Shown piece after piece: positions 14,999 through 28,773 of a stretch of 64,000 bases of DNA. Below the pieces are notes generated by a model, which was given only the letters and a program-made list of their open reading frames with translations, did not search any database and was not told where the DNA came from. The position numbers and the translations under genes are program-made. Each line of letters begins with the position of its first letter. Positions within the stretch are counted from its first letter, which is position 1. Location: positions 7,192,001 through 7,256,000 of the forward strand of contig OZ024758.1 in the NCBI GenBank assembly GCA_964016885.1. The letters are read 5' to 3'. The DNA is from Eledone cirrhosa (taxonomy: Eukaryota).

Positions 14999-15553
14999 TA
15001 ATTTATATGTACAGTGTTGTTTTGTGGAAGAGAATCTAAAGTGTTTTCTGAGCAGAGATATTGCAACCGAAATATATAAAGATAATCGTTACAATCAACA
15101 ATTTATTGCTATCATGTTGTATAGAGATATGGTATCTTTATTAATATTTTTATATCAAAATATAGATTTAGAACAGAGATATTTTCAATATTAGAACAGA
15201 GATATTTTCAAGATTTAGACCAGAGATATTTTCAATATTAAATTGGAAAATATAGATATTTTCTTCGTTTTGCAGCTATTTGTGTGTCCTTATATAAACT
15301 GAACTGTACACTGGCGGTGTAGAACTCTGTTAGTGGGAGCCCTAATATAGGATTTACAGAGATTTCAATTTGCACTTGCATTGAATTTCTCCATGATAAC
15401 CTGAAGGGAGTCATGAAACAAGAAATTCCAGTGATATTTTAGATCATTATCCATTCCATATATCTCATGTCGTTTAACCTGTTTACCATTAATTTGTCTT
15501 TCCACAAATGTGTTTTCGATGAATCTAATTTTGATGAAAGTACCGTCTCTTAC

Positions 15554-15588
<35 letters not shown>

Positions 15589-15639
15589 CATACATACATA
15601 TATATACATACATATATACATACATATTACATATACACA

Positions 15640-15800
15640 CATGGTGGCTGCCAACTTGTTTTCGAGTACGGCCACTACTTTATATCCATGTAGGAGAACC
15701 CCTACCGATGCGCTGAACGAGTGACTTTTTAGTCCAGCCAGCGACTTGAAAACTCTGGTACAAACACTACACTTGTGACAATTACTGACACATAGTGCTG
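15640..15800 (-). mobile_element. Probable LINE 3' remnant with C2H2-like motif
   Basis: Minus translation HKCSVCTRVFKSLAGLKSH resembles the C-terminal zinc finger of RTE-like ORFs; otherwise degenerate. Confidence 0.45.
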
Positions 15801-15989
15801 GGCCCATGGTAACATGTAACGACAAGTGCAGAGAGATCTCCAGATATAAAGCAATGCCTGTGCCGTGAAGCTTTTATAGTGAGCAAAGGCACTGCACAAA
15901 GCCAGTCCCACTCTCTTAACCAAGATGATATTTACCAAAAAGAAGAACAAGTCAACATCATTGGATACCATCAGGGTTGCAGGTGTTAT

Positions 15990-16166
15990 ATCAGAGTTTT
16001 CCTTCTCCTAGATTCTGCCTTGACAAAGGCTAAGGGGTCATCTCTCCCGGTGATTTTGGATGGCCATTGACTCTTAAGAGCTCCTTTGCCCTTTGACAGG
16101 TTTTGTTTTTAGTCCTGCAGGATGTCCAAAGTCACCCTCCTCACCAAGGAGGGTGACTTTGGACAT
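15990..16166 (-). mobile_element. Dispersed repeat, probable RTE 5' region, ending in a 20-bp perfect hairpin
   Basis: Similar to 19600-19760 (plus) and 57018-57112 (minus). Hairpin atgtccaaagtcaccctcct-cacca-aggagggtgactttggacat at 16122-16166. Confidence 0.5.
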
Positions 16167-16286
16167 ATACACACGTACATACATACAAACATACAAACAA
16201 GCATACATAAACACATACATACAATGCACATGTTGGCACTGACCACCTGACAGGGGAATGAGTGATTGGAAGGAACAGAAATCGTG

Positions 16287-16336
<50 letters not shown>

Positions 16337-16390
16337 AATATATACCATCAACACCATAAACACAGAGCTGGCATATCTAAGAACTAACTA

Positions 16391-16446
16391 ACTGCCTGAT
16401 GAGGTCATAGCCATTCAATGGCTATCATCGAAATATATATAGCAGT
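16391..16446 (+). ncRNA. Type I hammerhead ribozyme motif (PLE-type)
   Basis: actgc-CTGATGA-ggtc-atagccatt-c-aatggctat-catc-GAAA-tatata-TA-gcagt followed by AATAAA. The island 16343-16491 is flanked by TA repeats. Confidence 0.85.
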
Positions 16447-16486
16447 AAATAAAGGATTATGAGTTCATGCAATTGACTTATGTTTC

Positions 16487-16576
<90 letters not shown>

Positions 16577-16775
16577 TAATTTGTATTCCAATGTTACTAA
16601 GCTCATTAAGCTAACTGCTGCCAAAACATTCTCTCTTCACAATCTCTACTAGTCTGACAGTCTTAAACCCTAAGACTCCCTCCACCTTACTCACTTCCCT
16701 CTTCCCCTTCTCTTCCTACCTCCTTCTTTATCTTTTATCTAGTGTATAAAATATTTTCATATCATTCTAATACAA

Positions 16776-16892
16776 AGGTCTGATGACATGGTGTGTTGGC
16801 TTACAGTGTACTTTCGGTTTTTGATAATATTTGTGTATTATTCAAGTAGCGAGGTATAGGTAACTCATACACTATAGAAACAATTGTTACCT
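16776..16892 (+). ncRNA. Type I hammerhead motif with long stem II
   Basis: aggt-CTGATGA-c-atggtgtg...tacactat-a-GAAA-caattg-TT-acct-AATAAA. Palindromic stem III; C.A mismatch at the base of stem II. Confidence 0.7.
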
Positions 16893-16945
16893 AATAAATT
16901 CTATATACCCGCATTTCCATTTCGTAAATTTTTTCTCTCTCTCTC

Positions 16946-16995
<50 letters not shown>

Positions 16996-17655
16996 CTGCA
17001 TAACATACAAGAAAGATTCCCCTTGTTTGAAGGAGGCCAGTATCTTGACTAACAGCTATCCTCGAACTTTCGTGTAGATATTTATTTAGATATAGCTTTT
17101 ATCATATTCACCAATAGAAATAAAATTGTCTCATCAGCACACCACCGCCTTTGTTCATCATATATTGGTAAAAATCCGCTCTCAATATTCAGATATGTTG
17201 TTGCTACTGATGCTACTGGTTTTGTTACCATAATGATAAATCTATATTTGTCAATTAATATTGTTTAGTGAAATAAAATAACAAAGCCAACGATAATACA
17301 ATTAAAGTGCAAAAAAACAACAACAAAAAACAAAAAAAAAACAAAACGAATGAGCACCAGCTTTTGACTGATGAAAACTTATTTCTCTGCGACAGGCGTT
17401 ATTTTGTGGGAAGCGATTTTAGAGAAAATTTGTCATTGATTCTGACAGTAAATCAATTTATATTCTTTGGCTGAATCAAAATCCGAATTTCGGTGTTTTG
17501 TGTTAAAGGAGAAACAAATATAAAAACGTGTAAAATAGATATAAGTTGGTGAAAAAGATGGAGTTTGAGAAACTATTGGAGTTAGAGAAAGTAGAAATGG
17601 CTATGCGTGTGTGTGAATGTGCGCATGCGTGCATATATGTATATGTATGCATGTT

Positions 17656-17695
<40 letters not shown>

Positions 17696-17849
17696 AATAT
17701 ATATATATATATACAAAGAGAGAGAGAGAGGGAGAGACTGAGAGAGAGAGACTGAGAGAGAGAGAGGGAGAGAGAGAGAGACTGAGAGAGAGAAGGAGAA
17801 AGAGAGAGAGAGAGAGAGACTGAGAGAGAGGAGGAGAAAGAGAGAGGAA

Positions 17850-17881
<32 letters not shown>

Positions 17882-17976
17882 GATATAGCTATATAGACAG
17901 AAAGATGTATGTATATATATATAGAGAGAGAGATAGATAAATAGATAGATAGATAGATAGATAGATGTATATATAT

Positions 17977-18029
<53 letters not shown>

Positions 18030-18047
18030 TATATATACTATATATAT

Positions 18048-18145
<98 letters not shown>

Positions 18146-18775
18146 TTTTTGTCATGTTTGAACGAGTTAATGTGATAATGTGTGTTTCAAAAATTATAAT
18201 TGCATATTTTGTCGAGAAAGGGGATTGAACGAGTCGCTAAATGAATTCGTTTTGCGTTAACACGTGCATATTTGAGTCACGAAAGGTAATTACATGTTTC
18301 AGAATATGTATGTTTAACGTGAAGAAGGTATGAACAAGTGCACAGCTGCGAGAAATTAGTTGTTGTAGCTGATTATAACATTCCATCATTATTCTCATCC
18401 AAACATACAACTAGTGCATCTATTACAGCTTTCTACATTCAACTGCCGACCGCCCAACACATATATAAACGATGTTTCAACAATAGACCAATACAGAACA
18501 CTATAAACTATCTAGGAACCATACATACTTACAGTAATACAGAACAGCAATCCATTGGGAGGCCTTTACTGTAACAGTACCATGTCAACAACAATACTCT
18601 CTTAATAAACATTAATAATACAGACACAATCTTCCGTTAATATTTACTGAAGTTTGAAGAATTGTCTGATAAGATTTTCTAAGTATATTCATAGTAAATC
18701 TCCAGCGTATATCATCATCATCATCATCATCATCATCATCGTCGTCATCGCCGTCATGTTCCCGCAACTGATGCA

Positions 18776-19192
18776 GCTAGATGTGCCACTGGTACAGCCA
18801 GTTGTTGGGGGTGCCACTGGGTTCAGCCAGTCATTGAGGTGCCACTCTAGATGTGACACTGGTACAGCCAGTCATTGGGGTATCACTCTAGATGTGCCAC
18901 TGGAGCAGCCAGTTGTTGGTTGCCACTCTAGATGTGCCACTGGAGCAGCCAGTCATTGGGGTATCACTCTAGATGTGCCACTGGAGCAGCCAGTTGTTGG
19001 TTGCCACTCTAGATGTGCCACTGGAGCAGCCAGTCATTGGGGTATCACTCTAGATGTGCCACTGGAGCAGCCAGTTGTTGGTTGCCACTCTAGATGTGCC
19101 ACTGGAGCAGCCAGTCATTGGGGTATCACTCTAGATGTGCCACTGGAGCAGCCAGTTGTTGGTTGCCACTCTAGATGTGCCACTGGTGCAGC
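18776..19192. repeat. GC-rich higher-order minisatellite (alternating 40/41-bp units, 81-bp period)
   Basis: Constant ctctagatgtgccactggagcagccagt followed alternately by tgttggttgcca or cattggggtatca. Confidence 0.95.
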
Positions 19193-19599
19193 CATCACAA
19201 ATTACGGTACCATACCATACCATACCATATTAACATATACTGACTGGTGTAATATGATCCACTCTCTTTCTGCTTAGAATATTCCTTTGAAATATTTATA
19301 ACTTTGGGTTCAATTATTCCACTTCCGGTTACAAGTGTGTGGATTGTTGACCAGGTTTTGTAGACCGTTCGATGGTAGCCATTAAGGTAGCAAATATTTT
19401 TACCAAGTACAGTGACAACCATCAATGAGGAATATAATCAAATACTTTTCTGTAATCAAGTTAAAGTTTCGGTGGTGTTTTCTTACTACGGACAGCACTG
19501 TTTTATTTATTTATTTGGCAAATCCACATTCTCTCTTTTTGGCGCCCAGTGCAACCTGTCACATGGTCGGGTCGTCGGCGACACAACTACCAACCCCAC

Positions 19600-19770
19600 C
19601 AATCTTGCTTGGCAAGAAGGGTGATTTTAGGACACCTTGCAGAATAAAAACTCGTCAAATGGGTGGAAGAATTCAGGAGAGCCAACGGCCATCTAATAAT
19701 GTATAAAAAGGGTTTGACAGAGCTCGTTAGCCTTGGTTGGCAGTCTGTCGAGGAGAAGGACCAGTCAGAT
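19600..19770 (+). mobile_element. Dispersed repeat, probable RTE 5' region
   Basis: Shares gagggtga.ttt.ggaca.c.tgcag, caa.ggccatc, ttagcctt and ggagaagga blocks with the reverse complement of 15990-16150. Confidence 0.45.
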
Positions 19771-19939
19771 TTGAAGAGAACTGGTGTAGATGGGACTCTT
19801 CAGTCACCTTTATGACAACCTTTCATGCCGCCAACGGCTTCATCCTTCTATATATAACTGACACTTGTTTTAAACACATTTGACACCATATTCTATAAAC
19901 TGACCATACACCTAGTAACTCTAACTCCAACAAGTAAGC

Positions 19940-20010
19940 TCTAATTCTGGGCTGAGTCCAGAATTAGCCGTCGAAACGGCTTGAGCTCTGCCGTCGGGGT
20001 CATACTTGTT

Positions 20011-20071
<61 letters not shown>

Positions 20072-20260
20072 CAAAGGAATTGTGGTAAGGAACCAGATGG
20101 ACCATAACGCACCAGAGTACTCAATACTTAGGGTAGTAGAGTGGGAAATAGGAAAAAGTATGACCCGGACGGCAGGGCTCAAGCCGTTTCGACGGCTATT
20201 TCTGAGTCCAGAAATAGCCGTCGAAACGGCTTGAACTCTGCCGTCGGGGTCATACTTTTT

Positions 20261-20263
<3 letters not shown>
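19940..20263. mobile_element. Palindromic (TA)n-embedded element (half plus full copy)
   Basis: Arms cccgacggcagagctcaagccgtttcgacggctatttctg and its reverse complement, plus tail aacaaaggaattgtggtaaggaacc..cagagtactcaatacttagggtagtagagtggg. Confidence 0.85.
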
Positions 20264-20301
<38 letters not shown>

Positions 20302-20984
20302 TGTATATATATACACAGATAGAAGGATGAATAGTTTTCTTCTATATTATTAGTACAATCTGTCGGAATAACGCCACAGAAAGAACATACTTTGATAGAA
20401 CTTAGTAAACCAACGCCAACATTTCTAAAAACTTCAATATGTTTTTCATGGAAAAATTTATTTTCCAATTATTTTGTTAAAATTTTAAAGATGTTTTAAA
20501 TGTATTTTATCTATTATTTTTTTTCTAAAGTTTGACATGATTGTCGGCTTCTGAACATATCCTAGCTATTGACTGTTTTTCCAATTTCAAATTAAATACA
20601 CTATTATGCATTATATACTTCAACTAATAACAGATTTTTTTCTTTCAGGTAAATACACTCAATCTTGCTTGTACTGGTTCTTGTGAAAGTGTTGTAACAC
20701 TTGCAAACTAACTTATTTCTCGGGGCGAAATAAACGGAAGATTTTCTGTTTTCAAATTTTACATTTACGACACGAATAAAATCGATATATTCACATGTTC
20801 AAAGTAACACAATTGCATCAATATATTGATTCTCTCTTCTTGTGTAATATGTAGCTACAGATAGTTTGTTGTATGTGGTATTCTAAGTAAAAGGAAGCAA
20901 GATCAACTCATTTCCGCAAACATGGGTCTAATTTTGTTTATGTTTCCTTAGTGATTATATTACACCAGATTATTTAACAAACTA

Positions 20985-21335
20985 GGGCGTTGGATTGGCA
21001 GTATCGGTAAAGCGTCGGACATCAGCCTTCGAGGCATAGAGATACTAGAGATACGGCCCTTTACTTTTTGAGTTCAGATTTCGCAGATGTTAACCTTGCT
21101 TTTAATCTTTACGGGGGGTCAATAAAATGAAGTACCAGTAATACACTGGGGTCGATTTAGTCGACTCCCCCCCCCCCCTACCAAAAAAATTCTAGCCTTG
21201 TGCCTATAGTAGAAATCATTATTATTGGTATCAATAAAGTACCAGTAATGCACTGGGTAATTGCTGGCCTTGTGCCTAAAGTAGAAACAATTATTATTGG
21301 TATCAATAGGGCGGTGTATTGGAGGTATCGGTGCC
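20985..21335 (+). mobile_element. SINE full copy plus tail and head fragments
   Basis: A-box, degenerate B-box, core, internal gtcgatttagtcgac segment and tail. Confidence 0.85.
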
Positions 21336-21370
21336 GAAATCAGAAACCATTATTTAACACAAATCTCTTT

Positions 21371-21568
21371 GGATTCGGCTGAGAAGTTCATATACTGACC
21401 AAGATACTCTCATGGAATGACCAAATGAGGTTTATTTTTCAATATAGTCCCTGGAAAGAAAAAAATGTAGTTATTAATAAGAAGAGTTGAAATTAATGCA
21501 TGCAAGATTTCACAGCCCTAGCATCACTCCTTCATAGTCAGTCTATGAACCTTCAGCCGACCCTCGTA
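21371..21568 (-). mobile_element. Mariner-type MITE
   Basis: Reverse complement of the family consensus; ends cagccgaccctcgTA. Confidence 0.85.
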
Positions 21569-22049
21569 TATATAATTATAAATATATAAGAAACTCGTCT
21601 TTTGACTCCGTTTTACTGATAAAAAAACCTGAAACCTAATGTTTAACGCCAGATAAAATGAAAAGATAATTATCTTGGTAGAAAAATGTTAATTTGTAGT
21701 TTAATTAAGTCAAATATGAAAGACTGGAGAGAAACTGTCGTGGCCTTGGATACAGTGCAAAGTTGTAACTTGATATTATTTCTGAACTTTCGATTAGTAA
21801 ATAGACTTTGTATCTTATCAGCTAACTGCAACAAGGTTATATTGTTAGTATAGTATAGTTAGTATAGTATAGTTAGTATAGTATAGTTAGTATAGTATAG
21901 CATTAGTGAAGTACACCTATTGTATCGTCTAATCGCAACACACTCACTATATTGTTAGTATTGTAGCGAGACATGATAGTACTATTTATGGCTGTGGCAT
22001 AATTTAAGCGTGCTTACTAAAGTATTTATAGTAAAATGAAGCAATTGTG

Positions 22050-22590
22050 AAGTACACCTAGTGATGCCCAATCGGTGATTGAACACTACAATAATTCTCA
22101 ATACTACCAGGCATACGTCTATACTTTCAATGCAGCTAATGTAAAGAAATATACCAAGAATTGACATGTAATTAAATAGCATACGTTTTGTTGCTGGCAT
22201 TTATAGTAACGATGCATTGATGATGCTCAAGCGATGGTTGAACTCTGGGATAATTCTCAATACTATCAAACAATTGACTGTACTTTCAATGCAGCTGGTA
22301 AGGAAATTGACTTGTAATGAAACACAACATCGTCTATTGGTCTTACTGTGCATAGTTAGTAACTTGATATCGTTTCTAAATCAGTTTTTAATTAGTAGAT
22401 GGGGGTTTATATCGTATCGGCTGACTAGGATATATAGTAACGATGCATAGTTGAAGAACGCTAATGATGCTCAAGCGATGGTTGAACTCTGGATAATTCT
22501 CAATACTTTCAAGCATACGACTGTACTTTCAATGCAGTTAATGTGAGGAAATATACCCAGAACTGACATGTAATGAAACACAACATCGTC
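22050..22590. repeat. Diverged tandem triplication
   Basis: The block gatgc.caa.cg.tg.ttgaac..ataattctcaatact..tactttcaatgcag..tgac.tgtaat occurs three times. Confidence 0.8.
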
Positions 22591-23554
22591 TGCTTACCTT
22601 AGTACTTCGCTGTGCCTTTCTAATTTTCTTCGCAGTTGACTTTATTTAATATTTAAAATATATGTTATGAATATACTATATTCCGTGGTGATTTGCTTTT
22701 CATCCAATCTTTTATGGGAGTTGTTTAGCCATAGTTGTTTACGGTTGCTATTATTTACATTTGGTGTTATAATTATATTAGCGCTGGAAATATTGGCATT
22801 CTGCTATTAAATAATGTCTCTTTATCAGTGGCTGTTTTAAAATACTTTTTAATATCATCCGTAGCGTATTTAAAATATCGCTCATCAAAACACAACTCGG
22901 TGCCAAACATAAAGATGATTAGTTTGATATTCTTTATGGCCTTTTTTTTCCCCCCCAATTATATATTTACCATATTTTCTAAGATCTTATGATGAATTGG
23001 GAATTTCGTCTTTATTTGTGCTGGTAGTTATGAAATTTTGATTAAATTTTAATCATCTTCTTCATCTTAAGATACCAATTTTATTTTTGATTTTCTATTT
23101 TCCTATAATTTAAGCTCAAAGAGTCCAATTCCTTTGAATTAGCGTACTTTGCAAGTATAATATGTGTATGAAGGATAATATCTGAATGTATTATAGTATA
23201 ATGTCTGAATGCAAATCCTTAAAAGATTGTTTGACTTTCGTCTAATTAGTTTTTAGCAAAGAAAGTTCTGTCTGTTTTGTAGAAGTTTGCTTGTCTCCTT
23301 CAAATTTCATATTACTTTCGATATTAAAACGTATTTCCGTCTCAGCTATGTTAAAATGTTTTATGACAGCTAGTCTGAAATATAGTAAACAGGAGGTGCC
23401 AAAGAAACTAGCGGGGATCTACATCGGCAATTAGTGAAGATAAACAATCACAAAGTAGAATTGATTGGTTTGCAGAGAAGTAAAGGGAGTGTCCGATGTT
23501 CTGGACAATACGTTTTGCCAGAGAGAGATGTTTCCTGGTGGTATCAAATATATT

Positions 23555-23686
<132 letters not shown>

Positions 23687-23723
23687 ATGGGAGAAAGATA
23701 GGACAATATATATATATCTATCT

Positions 23724-24360
23724 AGTGCGGGTAAAATTCCCGAGATCCATGGACGAATTCTTTCCAGCGGTCTCTGTCCTTCATCATCGCTGCCATGTCC
23801 TGCGTCTCCAACAGACCAGTGTATGTCCTTAGGACATCAACATATGTCAACCTCGGTTTCCCTCTTAGGGGCTCCCATAGGAACACTGAGTGCAGTGTCA
23901 ACCCTGGATGTCGGTGAACATGTCCAGCTAACCTCAGTCTCCTCTGTGCTACTCTCCAGCTGACTTTTGGGAGGCTCCCATCCACATCAGTCTCGTGAAG
24001 CACCCATCCACATCATTCTCGTGTAGCACCCATCCACATCATTCTCGTGTAGCACCCATCCACCATCTGAGTGAGTTTCTTGGTGAGTGTCCAAGTCTCA
24101 GACACGTACAGCAGCACAGACTCCACTACAGCAACGAAGAGACGGATTTTCAGGTCTTTATGAAGGTCCGACTTCCAGACCGACCTCAAACTGTGGCACG
24201 CCGCCCAGGTTTTTCTCTTCCTCTCGACCACATCATCTTCCGTGTTCCCAATCTTTTCTCCCAGATACAGGAAGTGCTCAACCAATTCTAGCGGCTTCCC
24301 GCCTACATTAGTAATCTTCTCTGGCTTCTTAATATTCTCTACCAGATACTTCGTCTTAAT
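23724..24360 (-). mobile_element. RTE-clade LINE 3' fragment (RT C-terminal region, frameshifted)
   Basis: KTKYL..LELVEHFLYLG..WKS..LKIRLF.AVVESVLLY.SETWTLTKKL..VDGCYTRM and RRLRLAGHVHRHP..WEP..PRLTYVD..DRDRW. Confidence 0.92.
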
Positions 24361-24403
24361 CACACACACACACGCACGCACACACGCACGCACACACGCA
24401 CGC

Positions 24404-24469
<66 letters not shown>

Positions 24470-24477
24470 GTATATAT

Positions 24478-24545
24478 AGGAAAAGAGTCAGGACCCCGAC
24501 GGCTGAGCTCCGGCCGTTTCGACAGCTAGATCCGAACTGATCTAG
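24478..24545. mobile_element. Half copy of sister palindromic element
   Basis: aggaaaagagtcaggaccccgacggctgagctccggccgtttcgacagctagatccgaac next to (TA)n. Confidence 0.8.
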
Positions 24546-24913
24546 TTGCCAATCGGTTATTTCAAAATCTACATTGTATGTAAGTTCAGCGCAACGACAA
24601 ATGATAGTGTCAAATTCATTGAGGTGTCCCGCGAGAGGATTAAAGGTTGCATTTTATATACAATTGGTCATTCAATCTGAAACTTTAATCAGGATAATAT
24701 AGATATTTGTTGATTAGTTTCTGAGATGTTTCGCTCCTTCATTAAAGTTTTTTTTTTAGAAAACTGAAAAAGATCAAAATGAGGAAAAGGTCATAAAAGC
24801 CGTTAATATCTTAACCTTTCATATTTTGTGACTGATCATAATTTAATCATGCACATCACGGTGTTGTCTTCATATATTAACAGGTTTCTTGTCATATGTA
24901 TGAATATGGATGT

Positions 24914-24948
<35 letters not shown>

Positions 24949-24965
24949 AATAAAATGTATTGGAT

Positions 24966-25042
24966 CGTCAAGTATAAAATTTGTAAAAATTTGTAGAAAA
25001 AAAAATAAATTTCTATAAATTTCATTCTTGACGACGACCCAT
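24966..25042. repeat. Dispersed hairpin element (second copy at 59732-59811)
   Basis: tcgtcaagtat.aaatttgta...tt.ta.aaatttcat.cttgacga followed by cgacccat in both copies. Confidence 0.75.
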
Positions 25043-25157
25043 ACATAGATACATACACTACACAAATGCATATATATATCTACATCTACATATAGTTGTA
25101 TATGCTTGTAGCATGTATATATATATACTTACATACACATATATGTAGGTATATACG

Positions 25158-25261
<104 letters not shown>

Positions 25262-25684
25262 CGTATGTCTGTGTGTGTGTACACACATTTCTCTGTCTGT
25301 GTGTATGTAATTATAAGTATTCGAAATGATAACATTTTTTGAAAAGGTCACAAAGAATTTTTGGAGGCGGAATGTCGTGTAATTTCTGAACTTTATTTCT
25401 GAAGAGCTCATGAACATATTTCCCATTTTTATAACTATTTTCTCTCCCTCCTGGTCAAACATTCTGCGATATTATCAAACAGAATGCTTGATTCTTTTCT
25501 AAAGTTTGGGGACAGCTTAAGGTAATAAAAATTAATTAGTTTTCATTTTAAAATTAGATTTCCATATTATTACAAAAGGTTTTATTGTAAAATAAGTTTG
25601 GCTAGTCTTATTAATATCTCATGTTTTAAAAAAGTTATGCGTGAGCCTGGATACGTTTGTATTTGTAGCTAATGCATAGCAACA

Positions 25685-25829
<145 letters not shown>

Positions 25830-25939
25830 AAAAGAAATCGAAAATGCAACTGGAGTCTTTTTAAGAATATTTATTCGTTTCCTTTTCCGGTTTCACAGTT
25901 CTTATGATTTTCGAAAGTAGTTTGTGGTTTTTCTACATG

Positions 25940-26044
<105 letters not shown>

Positions 26045-26162
26045 TATATTATGTATATACATTAAAATGAAATTTAATATAAATTAAATAAGTTCTCTTG
26101 TACTAAATTGAGTATTGTTTTGCTTGGCCTTTCACCTACGGTTATCCTGCATACACACACAC

Positions 26163-26233
<71 letters not shown>

Positions 26234-27116
26234 TCACAACTTGTTCCATGTTATGAATCAAAACCCTCAACCACATACATATATTTCACTACAATATTCA
26301 GTTCTATTTCACAGGATGTTTACCATTCTGTGTAGAAGCGGTCTTTTATAACTTCTATTATTTTGTTATGAAATGATGAAAAAGAGACAAATAACGGTGA
26401 CTAGAATAGCAGCGTGATAAAGGTGAATGAATAAAAAATATTAACGAGGGAACCAGGGAATAGAAAGGGAGAGAACTGTTCAATTTTCTTGAAAGAAATG
26501 CGTTTAGTTAGGGGCCCTTCTTTCTATTATAGCAACATAAAATTCAATCTTGGCAACGACCTAGTTGTTAATTTGAATTTTCTAAATGTATTTCTCGCAC
26601 TGATGTTTCATAAATGAACATTTTTTATCAGAGAAGTTGACGCATTGTAGTTCTCGGTACCTTTGGCTAAGTACCAAATTAAATATTATGATTATTTTTA
26701 ATTGATGTTCGACTGTTTAAAGATTAAAATGTTCTGTGTAGCAACAATGGCTTATTTTTTGTGTTATGAAATATATATTTCAGAAGTTACTGTCCTACTC
26801 CTACCGTTGAAGCTAACTCCCATTGGAAAGACACGTTCAAAAATAGTTTGCTGCTTTCGACGTGGCTGAGATCAAGGTTTGTGGATTCTTATCAAAGGAA
26901 CTATTCAGGTGTTACAGGACAACATTCTACATGTTACATATGCAGATACAAAATATACAACTCTTAACAGAAGTGACCAAAGCAACAGAAGGGTTCACTA
27001 GTAAAAAGGTTCTAAGAATCTTGATTAAACTCAGAGACTGCCTCAACAAGCAACGGGAACTTTGTATATATATATTTGTATTAATATTCAAAAAGGGTGA
27101 TGGATTGGCAAACAAA

Positions 27117-27336
27117 GGACGGTGGATTGGCCTAATCGGGAGAGCGTTGGACATCATGCTTTGTGGCATGTAGTTACGGCCCTTTACGTTCTGAGTTCAA
27201 ATCCCGCCGAGATTAGCTTTGCTTTTTATTCCTACGGAGTTGACAAAATAAAGTACCAGTAACGCACTGGGGTCGATTTAATCGACGTTTCCATCCCCCT
27301 AAGATTGTTGGCCTTGTACCTAAAACTGAAACCATT
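27117..27336 (+). mobile_element. SINE full copy (long variant)
   Basis: A/B boxes, core, gtcgatttaatcgac segment and tail. Confidence 0.9.
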
Positions 27337-27811
27337 AATATTCAAAATTACGTATTAGATAGTTGAACATTATATACTTCTGTTTTTAATTCTAAGTTGT
27401 GAATGGAATCGATGAAACGTAAGGATTAGATCTGTATGGCCTGATTCTTGATTCTCTAATAAAACTTTGATTTTTTTTTTATTGGAAAACATTCACAAAC
27501 GTCAAGAATACTTTTGTTAAGGAAGACATAGAAGAAATCTTGTTCTAGGCAGTTGCTGTGATGATGCAATTATACCATTATACTGTTATCTCAGTACAAT
27601 CGCCTGCTACACTTGAGAATCGTATGATTACTTCAAGAGATACATATGGTATTGAAATTCGATGCTTCGCCATGAACAACCAAATTTTTACATGTCTGTA
27701 CCTGAGAATGACAACAACATTAACAATAGAAAGATTTTAAAAAACCCCCACCTCGCACAGCCAAATGGATGGAGGGTGTGTATTTGAGAACAACAGAAGA
27801 AAGGATGTTTC

Positions 27812-28011
27812 TGAGGGTAGGCTAAAAAGTTCATAGACTGACAATGAAGGAGTGACGCTAGAGCTGTGAAATCTTTCATGCATTAGTTTCAACTCTTCTT
27901 ATTAATAACTGCATTGTTTCTTTCCAGGGGCTATGTTGAAAAATAAACCTCATTTGGTCATTCCATGAGAGTATCTTGGTCAGCCAATGAACCTCTCAGT
28001 CAACTCTCATA
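27812..28011 (+). mobile_element. Mariner-type MITE
   Basis: Matches the family consensus and has both TIRs. Confidence 0.85.
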
Positions 28012-28247
28012 CATATCTCACCACTAGAAACATTTTCAAACACATATATAAGCCTTAATGCACACCTACGAAGGTGGGCTGAAAGAAGTAAATTATATTG
28101 AAATAACAAAAGTATCATTTTCATCATCCTATCATCTGTGATTTTAAGGTATTGATTAAGTCAAATGGTTGACATTTTGCACGACAGCTCACGCTTTTAA
28201 GCCCATCCTGTGTGTGTGTATATATATAAATATATATATATATAAAT

Positions 28248-28280
<33 letters not shown>

Positions 28281-28480
28281 AACAAAGAGGGTGTCGTAAG
28301 ATACCAGGCGGACCCAAACGCACCAGAGTACTCAATACTTAGGGTAGTAGAGTGAGTAATATGAAAAGTGTCAGGACCCCGACGGCTGAGCTCCGGCCGT
28401 TTCGACATCTAGATCCGAACTCAAATTCGGATCTAGATGTCGAAACGGCTGGAGCTCAGCCGTCGGGGACCCTTGACTCT

Positions 28481-28546
<66 letters not shown>

Positions 28547-28730
28547 CAAAGGAATTGTGGTAAGGAACCAGACAGACCATAACGCACCAGAGTACTCAAT
28601 ACTTAGGGTAGTAGAGTGGGAAATAGGAAAAAGTATGACCTCGACGGCAGAGCTCAAGCCGTTTCAACGGCTATTTCTGGATAGACCAGAAATAGCCGTC
28701 GAGATCTGCCGTCGGGGTCATACTTTTTCC

Positions 28731-28731
<1 letters not shown>
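28281..28731. mobile_element. Two tandem palindromic elements (sister families) separated by (TA)n
   Basis: 28281-28486 (hairpin gacatctagatccgaa..ttcggatctagatgtc) and 28545-28731; both have the cagagtactcaatacttagggtagtagagtg tail. Confidence 0.85.

Positions 28732-28773
<42 letters not shown>

Noticed and set aside
18776-19192. CRISPR-like repeat-spacer pattern
   Set aside because: Spacers are only 12-13 nt and alternate between two sequences; no cas genes; eukaryotic context.
27117-27210. tRNA gene from A and B boxes
   Set aside because: Head of the multi-copy SINE; no cloverleaf evident.
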